From the human T2T-CHM13v2.0 reference genome, Homo sapiens: DNA of 64,000 nt. This document shows positions 1 through 13,900 of the stretch, piece by piece. Within the stretch, counting starts at the first letter, position 1. Every line of letters starts with the position of its first letter. The stretch lies in the NCBI RefSeq assembly GCF_009914755.1, contig NC_060925.1; one strand, 5' to 3'. The translations under genes and the position numbers were made by a program. A model generated the notes under the pieces. The model had not been told where the DNA came from. It ran no database searches and worked only from the letters and a program-made list of their open reading frames with translations.

Positions 1-1102
1 CCCTGTTGACATGTCACTTCCTTTGTGAAAACTTCCCTTATCTCCCAGTTAGCAGCTCTTCCCTGAGTTTTCCCATAGCGCTCTGGACATGCCTCCATCA
101 GGACTTACCTGCACTCTTTTTTTTTTTTTCAGACCTGTTCTTCACTCTTACGTGCACACTCCTCAAGGGCAGAGGCCATATCTACATCAATGAATGAATG
201 AATGCTCATCTCATAAAACATACTGTGAGCTTAGAGACTATGCTTTTTGCTGAAGGAGATGTCTGAAGGTGAGTGGATAGGCAGTCCTTGGATACACCTG
301 TATCTCACCTGTAGGCCAGTTCCATGAACAGGGTTAGGCACACAGCATCCATTGTCCTTGCTGTTTCCCAGAAGACAACTTCTATTCCTCAGTCTTAGAC
401 TTTGAGTTTCCACACTTAGACCCTCCTTGTTGCATTGTATGTTCCCTGGGTCTCCTCCCACCTGGATCAGGATAGGGTTCTCTTCAGCCTTTCTGGGCTC
501 CCTCAGCACTACCTGAAGCCCACCAAGGCCCCACAGAGATATTAGAAACACTGCTCTGCACACTCTAAGCGGTGCTCTGCAGAGGTGCTATCTTTAGAAA
601 CTCAGGCTGGTGGGATCTCTTGCAAGGCATGTAGGGGAGTGACCATATGGAGGTCACTGGTCTCCACACACTGACCAAGGCTAGGCCTTCTGGGGGTGAA
701 TCTAATTGTTTCTTAGAAAATCCTCAGACTTTACTTAGACTTCCCCCGACACCTCACCTTCAGGTTCAAAAGAAAATGGAGATAAGGATTGTAACAGTGC
801 CCAAGGAAGAGCCCTCTAGTCAACAACTTAATATGATTTCATGGTATTAAGTCCTTCTGGCCTAGCCTCCACCCTCACCCCATGTGGCTGAAGTGTCCTT
901 TCCCATTAACTAGGTACATCATGAAATAATTTAATTAAATGTGAATCTTTCTTTGTAAAATGTTGTGCAGAGGAAATCTGCTTCCAGTGTTCCCAGCACT
1001 GTGGTTCCAGGCACCCAGACCAAACAATTTTAAAGTGTTAGGTAAAATTTTAAAATGACAAAATAAAAATAAAAATAAAAAAAGCAGCTTTTTCCAAGTT
1101 AG

Positions 1103-1491
1103 TGTTAAGGATTGAATTATAATATGTCCCCCTGAATTCACATGTTGAATCCCCAATGTGAATATATTTGAAGATGGGGCTTTTAGGGAAGTAATTAAGG
1201 TTAAATAAGGTCATAGGGATGGGGCTGTAATCCGATGGTAGTGGTGTCCTTATGGGAAGGGGAGGAGGCATCAAAGAGCACTCTCTTCGTGTGTGCACAG
1301 AGGAAAAGCCATGAGAGGACACAGTGAGAAGGTGGCCATTTACGAGCCAGGATGAGAGCCCTCATCAGAAACCGAATTTAGTTGCACTTTGATCATGGAC
1401 TTCTAGCCTCCAGAATGGTGAGAAAATAAATGTCTGTTGTCTAAGCTATCTAGTGGGCAGTATTTTGTTACAGTAGCCTGAGTAGACTACA
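1103..1491 (+). mobile_element. MaLR solo LTR (MLT1A-like)
   Basis: TG...CA ends. Typical MLT1 motifs 'gtaattaaggttaaataaggtcatagg', 'ggacttctagcctccagaatggtgagaaaataaatg' and 'tattttgttacagtagcc'. Confidence 0.8.
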
Positions 1492-1899
1492 TTAGTGTAA
1501 TAAGGAATACTCAACACAGTGAATGGAGGAATCTAAAATGTGATTCAGAACATGAAGACGGCTTTGGTCTTGAGTACCTTTTAAAAATTCGGTCAATATA
1601 GCTTCACTTTTCAGCAACTCATAGAAAAGAGGGAACAGGAGACAAAATTCAGGGCCCAGCACAATGGTGACTGTAATACGATACTTCTGAAAGAGTTGGG
1701 TTAGTTAAATCTGCACCCATAGTGTGAAGGTGAATTAGAAATGAGCCTATCTCCTTCTCACCTGTCACTACCACCCTCTGGGAGGATCTGGAGGCTGACT
1801 GTTTATCTTAGACCTTGACACTGAGTAGACAAGAAAAATGTTTCCACTGAGAATTCACAACAGTAAGTCAGTTTTCACATGGGTTTGCAGCCTTCATAT

Positions 1900-4800
1900 T
1901 ACTTGGGTGGTTTGAAACCTCCATACTGAGAATTTTGTGTGAAGAGGTTTCTGGCTGGTAATGCCCCCAGCACTAGGCAGAAGCAGATGCAAACCCTCTC
2001 TGGAAGAACCCACCATCCACCCAGGTCTCAAAGAATTACCAGAGAGAAAATTTACCCTTCTAACCACATAATCAAACAATATAAAACAAAGAAGGAAACA
2101 TGGTTCTGAGTGCAAGAGGTGAGAAAAAACAGAATCAAATTTGCAAAAACTTCAGATATTGACACTAACAGACACAAAATATAAAATAAGTATGTTTAAT
2201 TATGGAAAGAATTCAAGAATGATCTAAACATAAGAGTATGGAGCAAGAGTTTATAAAATATGACAATATGACTAAGAACGTTTGAAAAAGAATCAAATAG
2301 GGCTTCATAAAGTGCAGACTACATTTGAAATTAAAATAAATCTTCAGTGAATGGATTTAACAGAGGCTGGACACAGCTGAACAGAGAATTAGTGAACAGA
2401 ATGAAAGAGAGAAAGTATGAGAGAGGTTAAGAAATACTGATGATGGAGTGAGAAAGATGAACATATCTTGTCAGTCTTCTAGAAGAAGAAAAAAGAAGCA
2501 TTTGAAAAGATAATGGGTAAACATTTTCCCAAGCTGATGAAAGATACAATCCATAGATTCAAGAAACTTAATTAAACAGGATGAATACAAAAAATATTCA
2601 CACCTAGACACATAAGGGTGAAACTACATAACATTAAAGAACAAGAAAAGACAGTAAGAGCAGCCAGAAGGATGCTATACAAAGCAATGACAATAAACTG
2701 ACAGCAACAGTGAAACCCAGAAGACACCAGAACAATATTTCCATGTGCAGAGAGAATGGAACTATCAACTGATAATCAAATGTCCAGTGAATACTAGCGT
2801 TCTTTCAAGAACAAGGGTAAGCAGACATTTTAAGACAAAGAAAAAATTACACATTAGGTTCTATGCTTACAGACTGGGTGACAGGATCCGTACCCCAACC
2901 TCAGCATCATGCAATATACCCATGTAACAAACCTGCACATGTACCCCCGAATCTAAAATAAAAATTGAAATTATTTTTTAAAAAGACAAACAAGAACTAA
3001 TAGAGTTTATCATTGACAAGAAAATAAATTTTAAAGCATGTATTTGCACTGAAAGATATTCCAAAGAGAAGGACTGATATACAAGAAGGAGTGGTAAACA
3101 AATAAGTGGTCAATATATGAGTAAACCTAAGTGGACAGTGGCTTTATCAAACAATAACAATAATAACTTGAGAAAAAATTAAGGTAACATAATATACACA
3201 CACCACAGAGTATGAATTGGAAGGAATGATTAAAGTCATAGTGTCCTAAGATCCTTGGCTTTTCAGGAAGAACACAAAATTATTGTTTAATGCTAGGCTT
3301 TATTAAGTAGGCATATTGCTATTTCTAGAGTATTTTAGGACAAATTTCAAAGAATAGAAATGATTGTATAATTCACAAGGTCTAAATTCTTTAGTTAAAA
3401 GACAAATGGTCAGAGGGGATTTTTGAAAATCCAGCTATACACAAAACACATATAAAGCACAAGGAAGTCGAAAAGTTAACAGTAAGAGAATAGAAAATAT
3501 TTATTAGACAAAGACCAAGAGAAAACTGATGCAATGGATGGAGGGAAAAAGCCTTTAAGGTTAAAAACATTACTACAGATAAAGAGAGTTACTACATAAT
3601 TATTTTTGAAACAGTTCAATTTACCAGGAAGATATATAATTCTGAGTTTTAACTTTGATGCTCTAATAACACAGTCTCAAAATACATGAAGCAAAAATTG
3701 ACAGAACTTTAAAGAATAATAGGCAAATCCACCATCATAATGGAAGATTTTAATATTCCTCCCTCTGCCGTTGATTGATGAAGAAGACAAGAAAAATCAA
3801 TGAAGATATAAAAGAGACAAACACAATTAACAAGCTTGATGTAATGGACATATTAGAAAACAAAAACTGCAAAATGCAGGGTTTTTTTCAAGCCTACACA
3901 GAATCTATGTGAAAAATGACCATTTCTGGTCCTAAAAGCACAAATTTCAAATGATTCAAATACAGATCAATGTTCCCTGACCACAAGATTTAGAAACAGT
4001 AGGAAAGAGAGAGTTACAAAAATCCTTTGAAAATTAAAAAATACTTCTAAATAGCTCATGCTTAAAAGATGAAACAATAATGTAAATTAAAAAATATTCA
4101 GAACTAAACTATAACAGAAAATAAATAACTGTAAAAATCTGTAGGAATGTAGCCAAAGTAGTCCTCAGAGGGAAATTTGTAGCCTTTGATGCTTAAATCA
4201 GATTGAAAAATAATGAACAAAGCATCAAAATTAAGATGCTAGAAAAAGAACAACAGAATAAACTCAAGTGCATTAGAAGGAAGAAAGTAATAAAGATGAG
4301 AGCAGAAACTGACAAATTAGCAAATAAATATATTAAAAGGAATAGTAAGAAAACAAAAATTCATTTTCTGGAAAGACTAACAAATGTTAAACCACTGCCA
4401 ATACCAATTAAAAAATGATACATATTAGAAATGAAAAAGGGAATTGAAACACAACAATGGCAGGTATCATAACTATAATAAGAGATAGTATGTATAACTT
4501 TATATCCAATAAATTTTAATATTTACTAAAATGGAGTCAAGAAAAAAAAACAGATGACCAAAATAATTCTCTAGCCATTACATGTATTAAGTCTATAGTC
4601 TAAAATCTTCAAACAAAGGAGACACCAGACCACGATAGTTTTGCTGAAAAATTCTACCAAACTTTCAAGGCAAAAGTTATGCCAATCTTCCACTAATAAC
4701 CCCAAAGGATAGAAAGAGAGGAAATACTCTTCAAATCATTTTCTGAGGCTAGCAATATATTGACACAAAAATTGGCAAAGGCAATATGAAAAAACAAATA

Positions 4801-6192
4801 ACAGGCCAAGCTCACTAACAAAATAGAAACAAATTACTAAACAAAATCATATATAGGCATGTATAAAAATGACAATACTAAATGATCAAGTTATGTTAAT
4901 CTTAAGAATGCAAGGTTGGTTTGACATGAGAAAAGGCAATATTTGCTATACTAAGAGAATAAAGGAGAAAAATTATATGATTGTATCAATAGATATAGGA
5001 AGATGCTTCATAAAATTCAATAACCATTCTTGATAAAAGCTCTTAGCAAACTACGATTAGGAAGTAAATTCCCTAATTCTATTATAAAAGGAGTATCTAC
5101 AAATGAAAAATAAGCTTCAGCAAACATCATACTTGATGATGTTTGATGGTGAAGAAATAAAAACATTCTATTAAATATCAAACAACGACCATAGGGGTCA
5201 CCATCATAATAATGATTTGATGTTATACTGGGAGGTTCCAACCAGAACTCTGAGGCAAGAAAATAAAAAAGAAAAGGTATAAGAAATGGAAAGTAGAAAC
5301 AACACCATCATTTTTTTGCAGATGATGACTATCCATGTAGAAAAGCCCAAAGAATTCAGATACATTTTTACAAGATAGTTGCTAATATAAAAATCAAAGT
5401 ACAAAATCAATTGCATTTCTAAACACCAGCAAGAAACAAGTAGAATGTGCAATTTTAAAAGATTTGATTTATAATAGCAACAATAAATATAAGATATTTA
5501 GGAGTAAATATATTAAGAAATACATAAGATCTGTAATGGAAAAAATTATACAAGTTTATTGCAAGCCATTAAAGAAACCCTAAACAAATAGAGAGATATA
5601 CCATACTCATGAACTGGAAGACTCAGTATCAAAAAGATATCAGTTCTTCTCCAATTAATCTGTAGTTTTGATAAAATTAAAATAAAGATTCCAACAGGTT
5701 ATTTTGTGGATCTTGGCAACATACTTGTAAAATTTATAAGAGAGAACAAAGGGCACAGGAGAAAAAAACTCAACAGGAAATAAACATGAAAAAATGTATG
5801 TAGAAGTACAAACTACATACAATAACTTAGATAAATCTTAGGAACACAATTTTGAGTGAGGTTGATTAAGAATACATACATGATTACATTTATATGAAGT
5901 TCAAACGTTAGCATACTAAGCAATGTATTTTTAGGGATACACACTTAAGTGCTAAGTATAAAGAAAAACAAAGGAATAATAAACACACAATTGAGGTAAT
6001 GGTTACCTCTGAGGGTGTAGGGAATGAAACAGGATTGGTGAGGAACCTGCATCACTAAGGTAACGATTTTCTTTTCCCCTTAAGCTGAACGATGGCTGCA
6101 CAGGTGTTTGTTGTATTGGTGTTCTTTATATTTTGCTTATATTTTATAATCTGCTTTTTATCCACTCGATATTAATAAAAAAAAAAGTAAAA
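1900..6192 (+). mobile_element. Ancient, heavily decayed LINE-1 (L1M class): ORF1/ORF2 remnants and 3' end
   Basis: A-rich strand with degenerate ORF2 landmarks: 'gagggaaatttgtagcc', 'gaatgcaaggttggttt', 'tttgcagatgatgac' (the RT FADD region at about 5316) and 'ccatactcatgaactggaagactcag'. It jumps to an L1M-type 3' UTR at about 5780 and ends in AATAAA plus an A-run at 6174-6192. The 5' boundary is uncertain. Confidence 0.8.
2840..2982 (+). mobile_element. 5'-truncated L1PA 3' end (older L1PA15/16-like) nested in the L1M
   Basis: 'gcaatatacccatgtaacaaacctgcacatgtacccccgaatctaaaataaaa' is a primate L1 3' terminus. It is flanked by the direct repeat AAGACAAA (2832-2839 and 2983-2990) at a TT/AA site. 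Confidence 0.8.
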
Positions 6193-6267
6193 GAACTGTC
6201 TGCAGAGAATCTACCATCAGTAAGTTCTGGGTTTGAAAAACCTTGTAGGCCAACTGTCCCCAACCTA

Positions 6268-6462
<195 letters not shown>

Positions 6463-8129
6463 TTAAGACTAGGTCCAGTTCCCCTTCTTGCCTCCCACTC
6501 CCCACCCAGAAGACACTGCATCTGTACAGTTCCCACCCTGGACATAACCTTCTGCTTCCTGGGTCCTTCCTCTACAGTTCTTGGGAGGCTTGAAGGGAAG
6601 CCGCAGTGCCTGGAGCACTGTGACTGCTGTTCTGTAGGCAATGATGAACTTCTAAGGCAGGCTAAGCGACCCCTCTGCATGCCCCACTTACCCCCACACC
6701 CCGACTCCACTATGATCATGCAATTCCTCTTTGTCAAGAGGGTGTGGGCTAGAACCTGTCAGGTTGACATAAAGCTAGGTGGATCGCAGGCACCTATGGA
6801 CACCTAAGCAGCCCACGCCTTACTCTGCTGACCTGTCTGTTTCCCAATTTGCACTCCAATTCTCCAAACCAGCTGAGTGCTGCTGTGGACCTAATGCTGC
6901 TTAACTAGGAGTCTGACCTCATTCCAGGTTCTGCTTGCCCCTCAGTTCCTTCCTCCGTGACCCCCTTGGTCCTCCTGAAGAGGAATTTCAGGATATCCTT
7001 GTCAAGGCCACTCCATTAGGTCTCAGAATGTCTATGCCCAAGAGCTCTGCCAAGGCCCCTGACTCAGCTCAGTGCCAGGCCCCCAGAGTGATTTCACTGC
7101 TTCCCAAATCCGTCTCCACACTCAGCTTATCCCTGAAACTGGCTTTTGACTGGAAGCATAAAGATTCAAGGTGAATTAGAAGTGTTCTACTCAAGTAGAT
7201 ATAAAGTGTTATCAATCACAGCTTAATCTAATTAAGCTCTTTAAAATAGCTTCTAAACTAATTAGATTAAGTAGTGATTTATAACAGTTAAGGTACTACG
7301 TTGTACCTAGGTATTTGCTTTCTTTAAAAATGTGTGCTTAGTTCTAGCCACTTCATTCTTTAACGTTAGTGTTCAGCTATTTTAATAAAAGGTTCTAAGA
7401 GCCTGTTCTCATGCTGCCCACATGGCAATTTATCCTAATTGTAGGCAAAGTGCCTAACAGTAAAGAAATAGTGAGCAAACTCAACAAGCTTAACTATATA
7501 AAATGAAAGTGGTGTCAAACCTAGTTTCCTCTGATGGGGCCAAATATCCTAGAGCTCCTTGCCATGTGTGGAAAGGGCCATGATAAACCTTTCCCAGGAC
7601 ACCCTTCCTAGGAGGGTCTGGGAAGCAGGTTCTGCAGCTCCTAGACATAATGAATCTCTTCTCATTTCATGCACTCATTCCTGCGCTCAGCTCATTCATT
7701 CCAACATTTATTGAGTGCCTACTATGGGCCAGGAAAAGTGTGGGGAGAAAAAAGTGTCTGACATAGCCCCTCCTCTCTGAAGGGCCACAGCAAGTGGAGG
7801 GAGCAGGTGGAAAAACATTCACCATCAAGCAGAGCAGGTGTTGTCAGAGGGTTATTTGCAAGGGGCTTTTGGGACAGGTCTGTTACCTCCTTTTTGTTAG
7901 CTCATCACCTCCTGGGAGGAGATTTCTTCTCACTGTAGTCCTGCACTGGAAGGATCTCCTCCTCCCTCATCCTGAGCTCAAGAATCTGTTCAATCAAGTT
8001 TGAACAAGTCCTGGGGGAACCCCCACTCCATTCCCCCATGTATATCTGATTGCTCCTTTCATTCTGTACTGAGAAACACTTAGATTCCTAGATTGCACTT
8101 GATACAACTGGGCCCTATGGCAATGTGGC

Positions 8130-8360
8130 ATGGTTAAAGCGAGGTCAGGTTTTAAAATTTATGAACTTAGCCTTCTGGATCTAAATCCATTTGCTGGTCG
8201 CTTAAGTCTGGATGAGTTAGAAAATCTCTCTGATTTTGTTTCTTCATCTGTAAAATGGGACAAATGATACCACCTCATTGAGATATGGTGAGGATGAAAT
8301 TATATGAGATGATGGATGTGAAGGTTCAGCCCAGGGCCTGGGATGTGGTCAATATTCAAC
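8130..8360 (+). mobile_element. MIR SINE
   Basis: MIR core 'tttcttcatctgtaaaatgggacaaatgataccacctcattgagatatggtgaggatgaaat'. Confidence 0.7.
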
Positions 8361-9399
8361 CTTTGGGACAAGAGATAATCAGACTCCCAATGCCATGTCT
8401 ATTCTGTTTCTCTATGCCCAGGATTTCTCTCAAGGCTAAGGATCCTTTTTCTGCCTTTCCTGAAGTTTCTGGACATAGGTTTTTTTCCCCCACAAGTACA
8501 CTCGAGACTGGCAACATTACTAAACAAATTAGAATAAGACAATCAAAGCCCTGATTCCGTCCCACCTTTGCAAAGAGGACCTGTGGACTCAGAACTCTAG
8601 CCCTGCAGAGAATCCTTACAAAGCTCCACCAGCACCATCTTACACCTCTTCCGGAAAGTCAGATTTTGCTGCCCAAAGCCCTCAGCTTCAGAATCAATTT
8701 ATCTTGTACTTGTTTCCAAGAATTAGATGGTATATTTGCAGTCTGTTGAAACATGCTGAAGGTAATGAGAGAGAACAGGCCAAAAAGGCAGTTACCACTT
8801 TAAGGGCTTAGAGGGGTTTAATTAAAATATTACAGTCTGCAGATAGCATAGAGCACCTTAAACTAGGTTCAAAATGAAGCATTAGCTACTTTTTTCCTCT
8901 GCTATCTGAGCAAAGTCAGGGGTTCTGTGGACAGACAGACAGACATCACCCTGAGCAGCCAGCTCCATGGGATCCCATCAACAGATAGAAAGTTCATCAC
9001 AGTGACCCAGATGGGCTGGCAGAATGGTAGGTGCTCAATATCTCACTAAATGAATGAACATATCATTTTGTTTCTCTATTTGCCTTTTTCCCTGAAATGC
9101 TCTTCTGGATCGCTTTCAGGAGAGACTTCCCTGAGATCTTCCATGCCTGAGCTCTGCAGCTACTCCCATTTTTCCTCTGGACATTATATAATGGGAACAG
9201 TATCCCAGGGGACCATAGGGAGCTACCACCTGGACCCACAGCCAGTTCTGACACTGAAACAACTTGGTGCCAAAGAAGAGAACTGCTCCGGGTGCAAGTG
9301 CCTCTGGTCTCATATCTTCTCTCCAAATCTGATTCCCATCCTGTTCCATGCTGCCTTCCCTTGCTTCTCCTATTGGCCTCCCTCCCAACCCTTTCCACA

Positions 9400-10960
9400 G
9401 TCCTCTGGAACCACCTCCCACTACCAGTTCTAAGGAAAACAAATCCTACTTGTAGCTGCAACATCTTTCGGAACCTCCTACTCCCACTACTGTCCTGACT
9501 GAAGCCCATCTTCCCCTCCTATGCCACTGCCTCCTATGCAGCCCTCTGTAGTCAAGATCTTGCTCCCACCCTCAAGTATTTCTTTCACAGTTGTTTTCTG
9601 AACCTCCAGTAGAGTTCATCTTTCCCCACTGAGACCTCCACTCTGTTGACAGCAATATCTCCTCTCTACCCATCAGCTCCTTCGGTCTTGTCTTCTGTCC
9701 TTATGCAATTTTGATCACATGGGCCACCATTAGGCTCATTTTCTTGCTTGTTCCAAGTCCCTTTCTTCTTCCTCCTTTCATCAGTTGCCTAGAAGACATC
9801 AGTTTGGAATGAATCTCTCTACCTGCCTTCTCCATACCTGCCACCATACAGTTGAGCTTTGCTGTGAAAAAAATCACTAGTAGGAAGATGAATGTCTATT
9901 ATAAACTCCTGATTACTCATCTCAAAAAAATCCTAGCTATTGCCCAGTGACCCTACCATTTATCTCTATTAGCTCACTCTCTCATTCTGCTCAAAGACTT
10001 TTTCACATGTTCTAGACATTCCTTGAACATCTTCCTCTTCCTCTTATCTCCCCTTACTCTTAGCCGATGACTTTGGCTTTCTCTTTGGAGGGAACAGAAG
10101 CCATATAGCAGGCGGGTCCTTTGTCCCACTCTCTAAGAATGCAATTCTATCTGCACGTGTACTCAATTCCTTTTTCCCTCCTGTTTCAATGGAGAGATGT
10201 CCCTTGTTTTGGAGGGCATTGCCCTCTTATGAGATCTGACACCCTGCTCTTCCTCCAACTCATGATCAACCATGTTTATAGCCACACCCAGGGCCTTGCT
10301 ATCCTGGGAGCCAGGAAAGTCCAACTCACAGATTTTAAACCCAGTCATTCCATTCCTTCCCCCACTGCCTGTGTTCCCAGCAGAATGACTTGGGTCTCAA
10401 TGCACCATTGTCCTACATCATAGGCCCCTCTAGCCTTCTGGCTCCCACATTTCATCCCATCTATTGATCCTCGCCTGACCCCTCTTCCCTCACTATCCAG
10501 TCTGGACCTCAAGACCACTCACCAATACCTACATCTTCCTCATCGCTCTCATATCTGCTTGGTGAAATGCCTGCTTTCCATCAATTCTACCACTCACCTT
10601 TTCCATCTCTAATCCTGGGGGCTGGGGGGCTACCAGGAGAACTGTGGTATCACGACAGATTCATGGTTTGCCATCACAATAGAAACTTCAGCCCAAGTCT
10701 ATCATTTCCCATGTCTTCCTTCACCAATTCCTTGCAGAAACAAGTTCAAATATTCAACACTTGGTTGAGTCACTAACCCCAATGTTTACTTTTCAGTTGT
10801 GATTATACTTGACCTCTCTAGAGTATCTGACACTACTGATCTTTCTCTCTTTGTGAAACTCACATTCTTTGGCTTCAGTGACGCTTTTTGGCTTTTCTCC
10901 TACGTTTCTGACCGAATTTCTTCTTAGCTTTCTTCTTCTCCACTAACTTTTTAAAAGCAG
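9400..10960 (+). mobile_element. Degenerate LINE-2 body fragments
   Basis: C/T-rich strand with L2 motifs such as 'cttgacctctctagagtatctgacactactgatc' and 'ttctttggcttcagtgac'. Boundaries approximate. Confidence 0.5.
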
Positions 10961-13900
10961 TTGTTTAAATCTAGGAAAGGGTACATGGGAGCTTTTTGCA
11001 CATTAATTGCAACTTTTCTGCAAGTTTAAAATCATATCAAAATTAAAAGTTACCCAAAAAAAGTGGGGAGTGGAGGGGGAGTTGCTCTGCATGGTTCCAT
11101 CCAATCTATTGACTCCGAAGGATGTCCAGGTACAATTTTCAAGTAGAAGTAGGATTCAGCCTTTGGAGTCAGGGTTTGAAATTCAACTCAACAGATGTAG
11201 CTTTGTGCCCTTGGGCAAGTTGGCTGCCCACTCTAAGCTTCAGCTAAACATAAAATATGGTTATTGCCACTTTACTCATAAAGAAATTATGAAAAATGCC
11301 TAGTGCAATGCTATATACAAGTATACATAATTTAATAAATAAGAGCTTTATCATTAGCACATATAGGTAAGGGACTGAGGGACATTCTCAGGGCTGGAGC
11401 AATGGGGCACGTACTCTAGTACAATCAGTATGTGTCATCCAGGGAAAATAAGTGGAGAGGAGAAGAGAGGAAAGAAGAGAAGAGATCTGAAAATAGAACT
11501 CTGGATAACAATTATGTTTAAGGAGTAAAACCAGAAAGCTGATCTAATGAAATCCACCAAGAAGACAGCCACCTGTAATTATCATGGCATTTAATTCACC
11601 CTGGTTTGTGCCATATTTCTCCTGTTTTACTGCCCTTTTACAGATGAGGAAAAAGATCCATAGTGTTTCAGTGATTTTCCCTGTGCCACATGGTTAATAA
11701 CAAAGTCGGAACTTTAACTTAGGTCTCTAAGTCCCAAGCTTGGTATTCTAGCCACCCAAAGGCATATACATATATATGAGTTTAGCCACAAAGGAAAAAT
11801 AATATATATAAGTTCCTGTTAATTATTTACTTTGTGAATCAGTAACTGTAAGAGTTTCATCTGGGCCTGGTACTCAGTCCCTAAACTCTATCAACACCAA
11901 TTTGTGATCACAAGAAATCAGAGCTGGTTGTTAATTTGGTCCTCTCACTATACCAGTGGTTTACAGTGTTCCCTGGGGCCCCAGGGGTACCAGGACTCAA
12001 AGGCTACTGAAAATGGTGATGGAGGGGAGACTAGAAATCCCCTGACCCAACTTTAATCAGAGATGCTCCACTTGTATCTGTTTTATTTATTAGGGTTCTG
12101 CAAAAACTTATTTTTGAATATTGGGCTCCATATGTAAAATAAGTCTGAAAAGCTCTATATCTATGGACTCTGCCTGTATCTGGGGCTGAACAGAATTAGT
12201 TTAACAGTGTTTCACATTGCCCTCAATCTCCTTTGTGTGATGAAAATTTTCTAGGAGTCAAATTAGAAGCTTATTTCTTCTGATGGGAGGGAAAGAAAAG
12301 AAAGGCCTGTGAACGCCTAATTTCATATCTCAAAATGAGGGCACAGTCCCATATTGTTCATTCATTTCAATCACTGATTCATTTAGGTGGTCCTCAAACA
12401 TTAGCTGAGAACCTATTATTTGCCAGGCCCCATGTTTTAGTAGAATTAATTGTGTGGGAAAATGAGTATTTCTAATCAAATCATATTTTAACTGCATTAA
12501 AGAAAAAATAATACCATTATTATGGTAAAATCCTTTTTAGAATGTGATCTTTTGGTAACCTGCTTGTTAGTGGAACTTCTTGGAATGGAAAGAGTTTTGT
12601 TCGTTTTCATTCTTAAGGTGGGGTTCACCTAAACTGTCCTAAAAATCACAGAATAGTAATTGCGATTAATTGAAAACGAAAGACTTTAAAATAAAAACCT
12701 TAAAATTGCCAAAATAAAAAGACCCTTTACTCTAATATCTATCTCAGCCCTGGGCCTTCAGGGAAGCCCAGGACATATCATCCAAGTTCAAACCCAGGAG
12801 ACTTAGCAGTCTCTCTTTCTCCTTCACAATGGCCTATAGGAGGGGAGAAAAAAGAGAGAAGAAGGCAGGAATATTAACCTGTGTTGAGAATGTACCCTCC
12901 ACCACTGTCAGGGCTGGTCACTTTCTAGAAAATGCCTTGTTTAAATTTCATAATCAGTAGGCGGGGAAGATTTTGTTTTCCTTGTTCACAAATGAAGGCC
13001 TGTGGCTAAAAAAGATGAAGGAACCCGCCCAGGGCCAGCAAGCTAAAAGGTGTCAGAGTTGTGATCTAGATCAAAGTCCATGTGACTCCCAAACTGTATG
13101 ATTGCAATAGGATTAGACAAGACAGCTTCTAAAAGAACCTGCAGCAACTAGAGGCTGAGGTTTGCTCCAGGGCTTGAGGAAGCTTATGCGGACAGTGCCC
13201 AGCAGGTTAAGCTGAATACGTGTGCACATAAGTCTCACAGACGTACTGGCATCACTTCTAAACAAGGACTGCCTCATCTAGTCCTCAAAGTAACCCCACA
13301 AAGTAATGTTCTATTATCACCACTTTTTGGCAGGAAAAAAGAGATTCAGAGAGGTGAAGAAACTGGCCCAAGGGCCCCAGCTAAAAATGATGATGGTTGG
13401 ATTTGTACCATGATTTCCTGTTGTTTTACAGTAGCAGGTGATGGAATGAGATGACCACGTGAAAAAGCCCAGCCCAATGCTTAGTTACAATGCAGCAGAG
13501 AACTCAGACTTCAGTGGGTCCAAATCACTGGAGAAAAGGATGAACACACTTTTTCAGCTACAAACTTCCCTCAGGTCAAAACCAGCCCTTCTCCACCCTT
13601 GGCATGTTCATGTAAACAATCATCATCTCTTGAGAACTAAGAGAACAACCTTCCTCTAGTGAAAAGGTCTTGAGGAGGGACCAGATCCCACCACTGCAAA
13701 AGGCATTGTCATCCTGGCTTCTCAAAAGGAATTCTGAAACGACAGATGGGCAGGGTCCCTTGGTCCTCAGACTTGATAATTCTATGCCTCTCTGCACAGC
13801 TGGTGTCTGGGCTCCCTGGCATTGGAGTGGTATGCTATTCAATGAGTCATTCATTCCGTCGTCCATTCAACACCTGTTACTGAGTACCTGCTACATGCCA

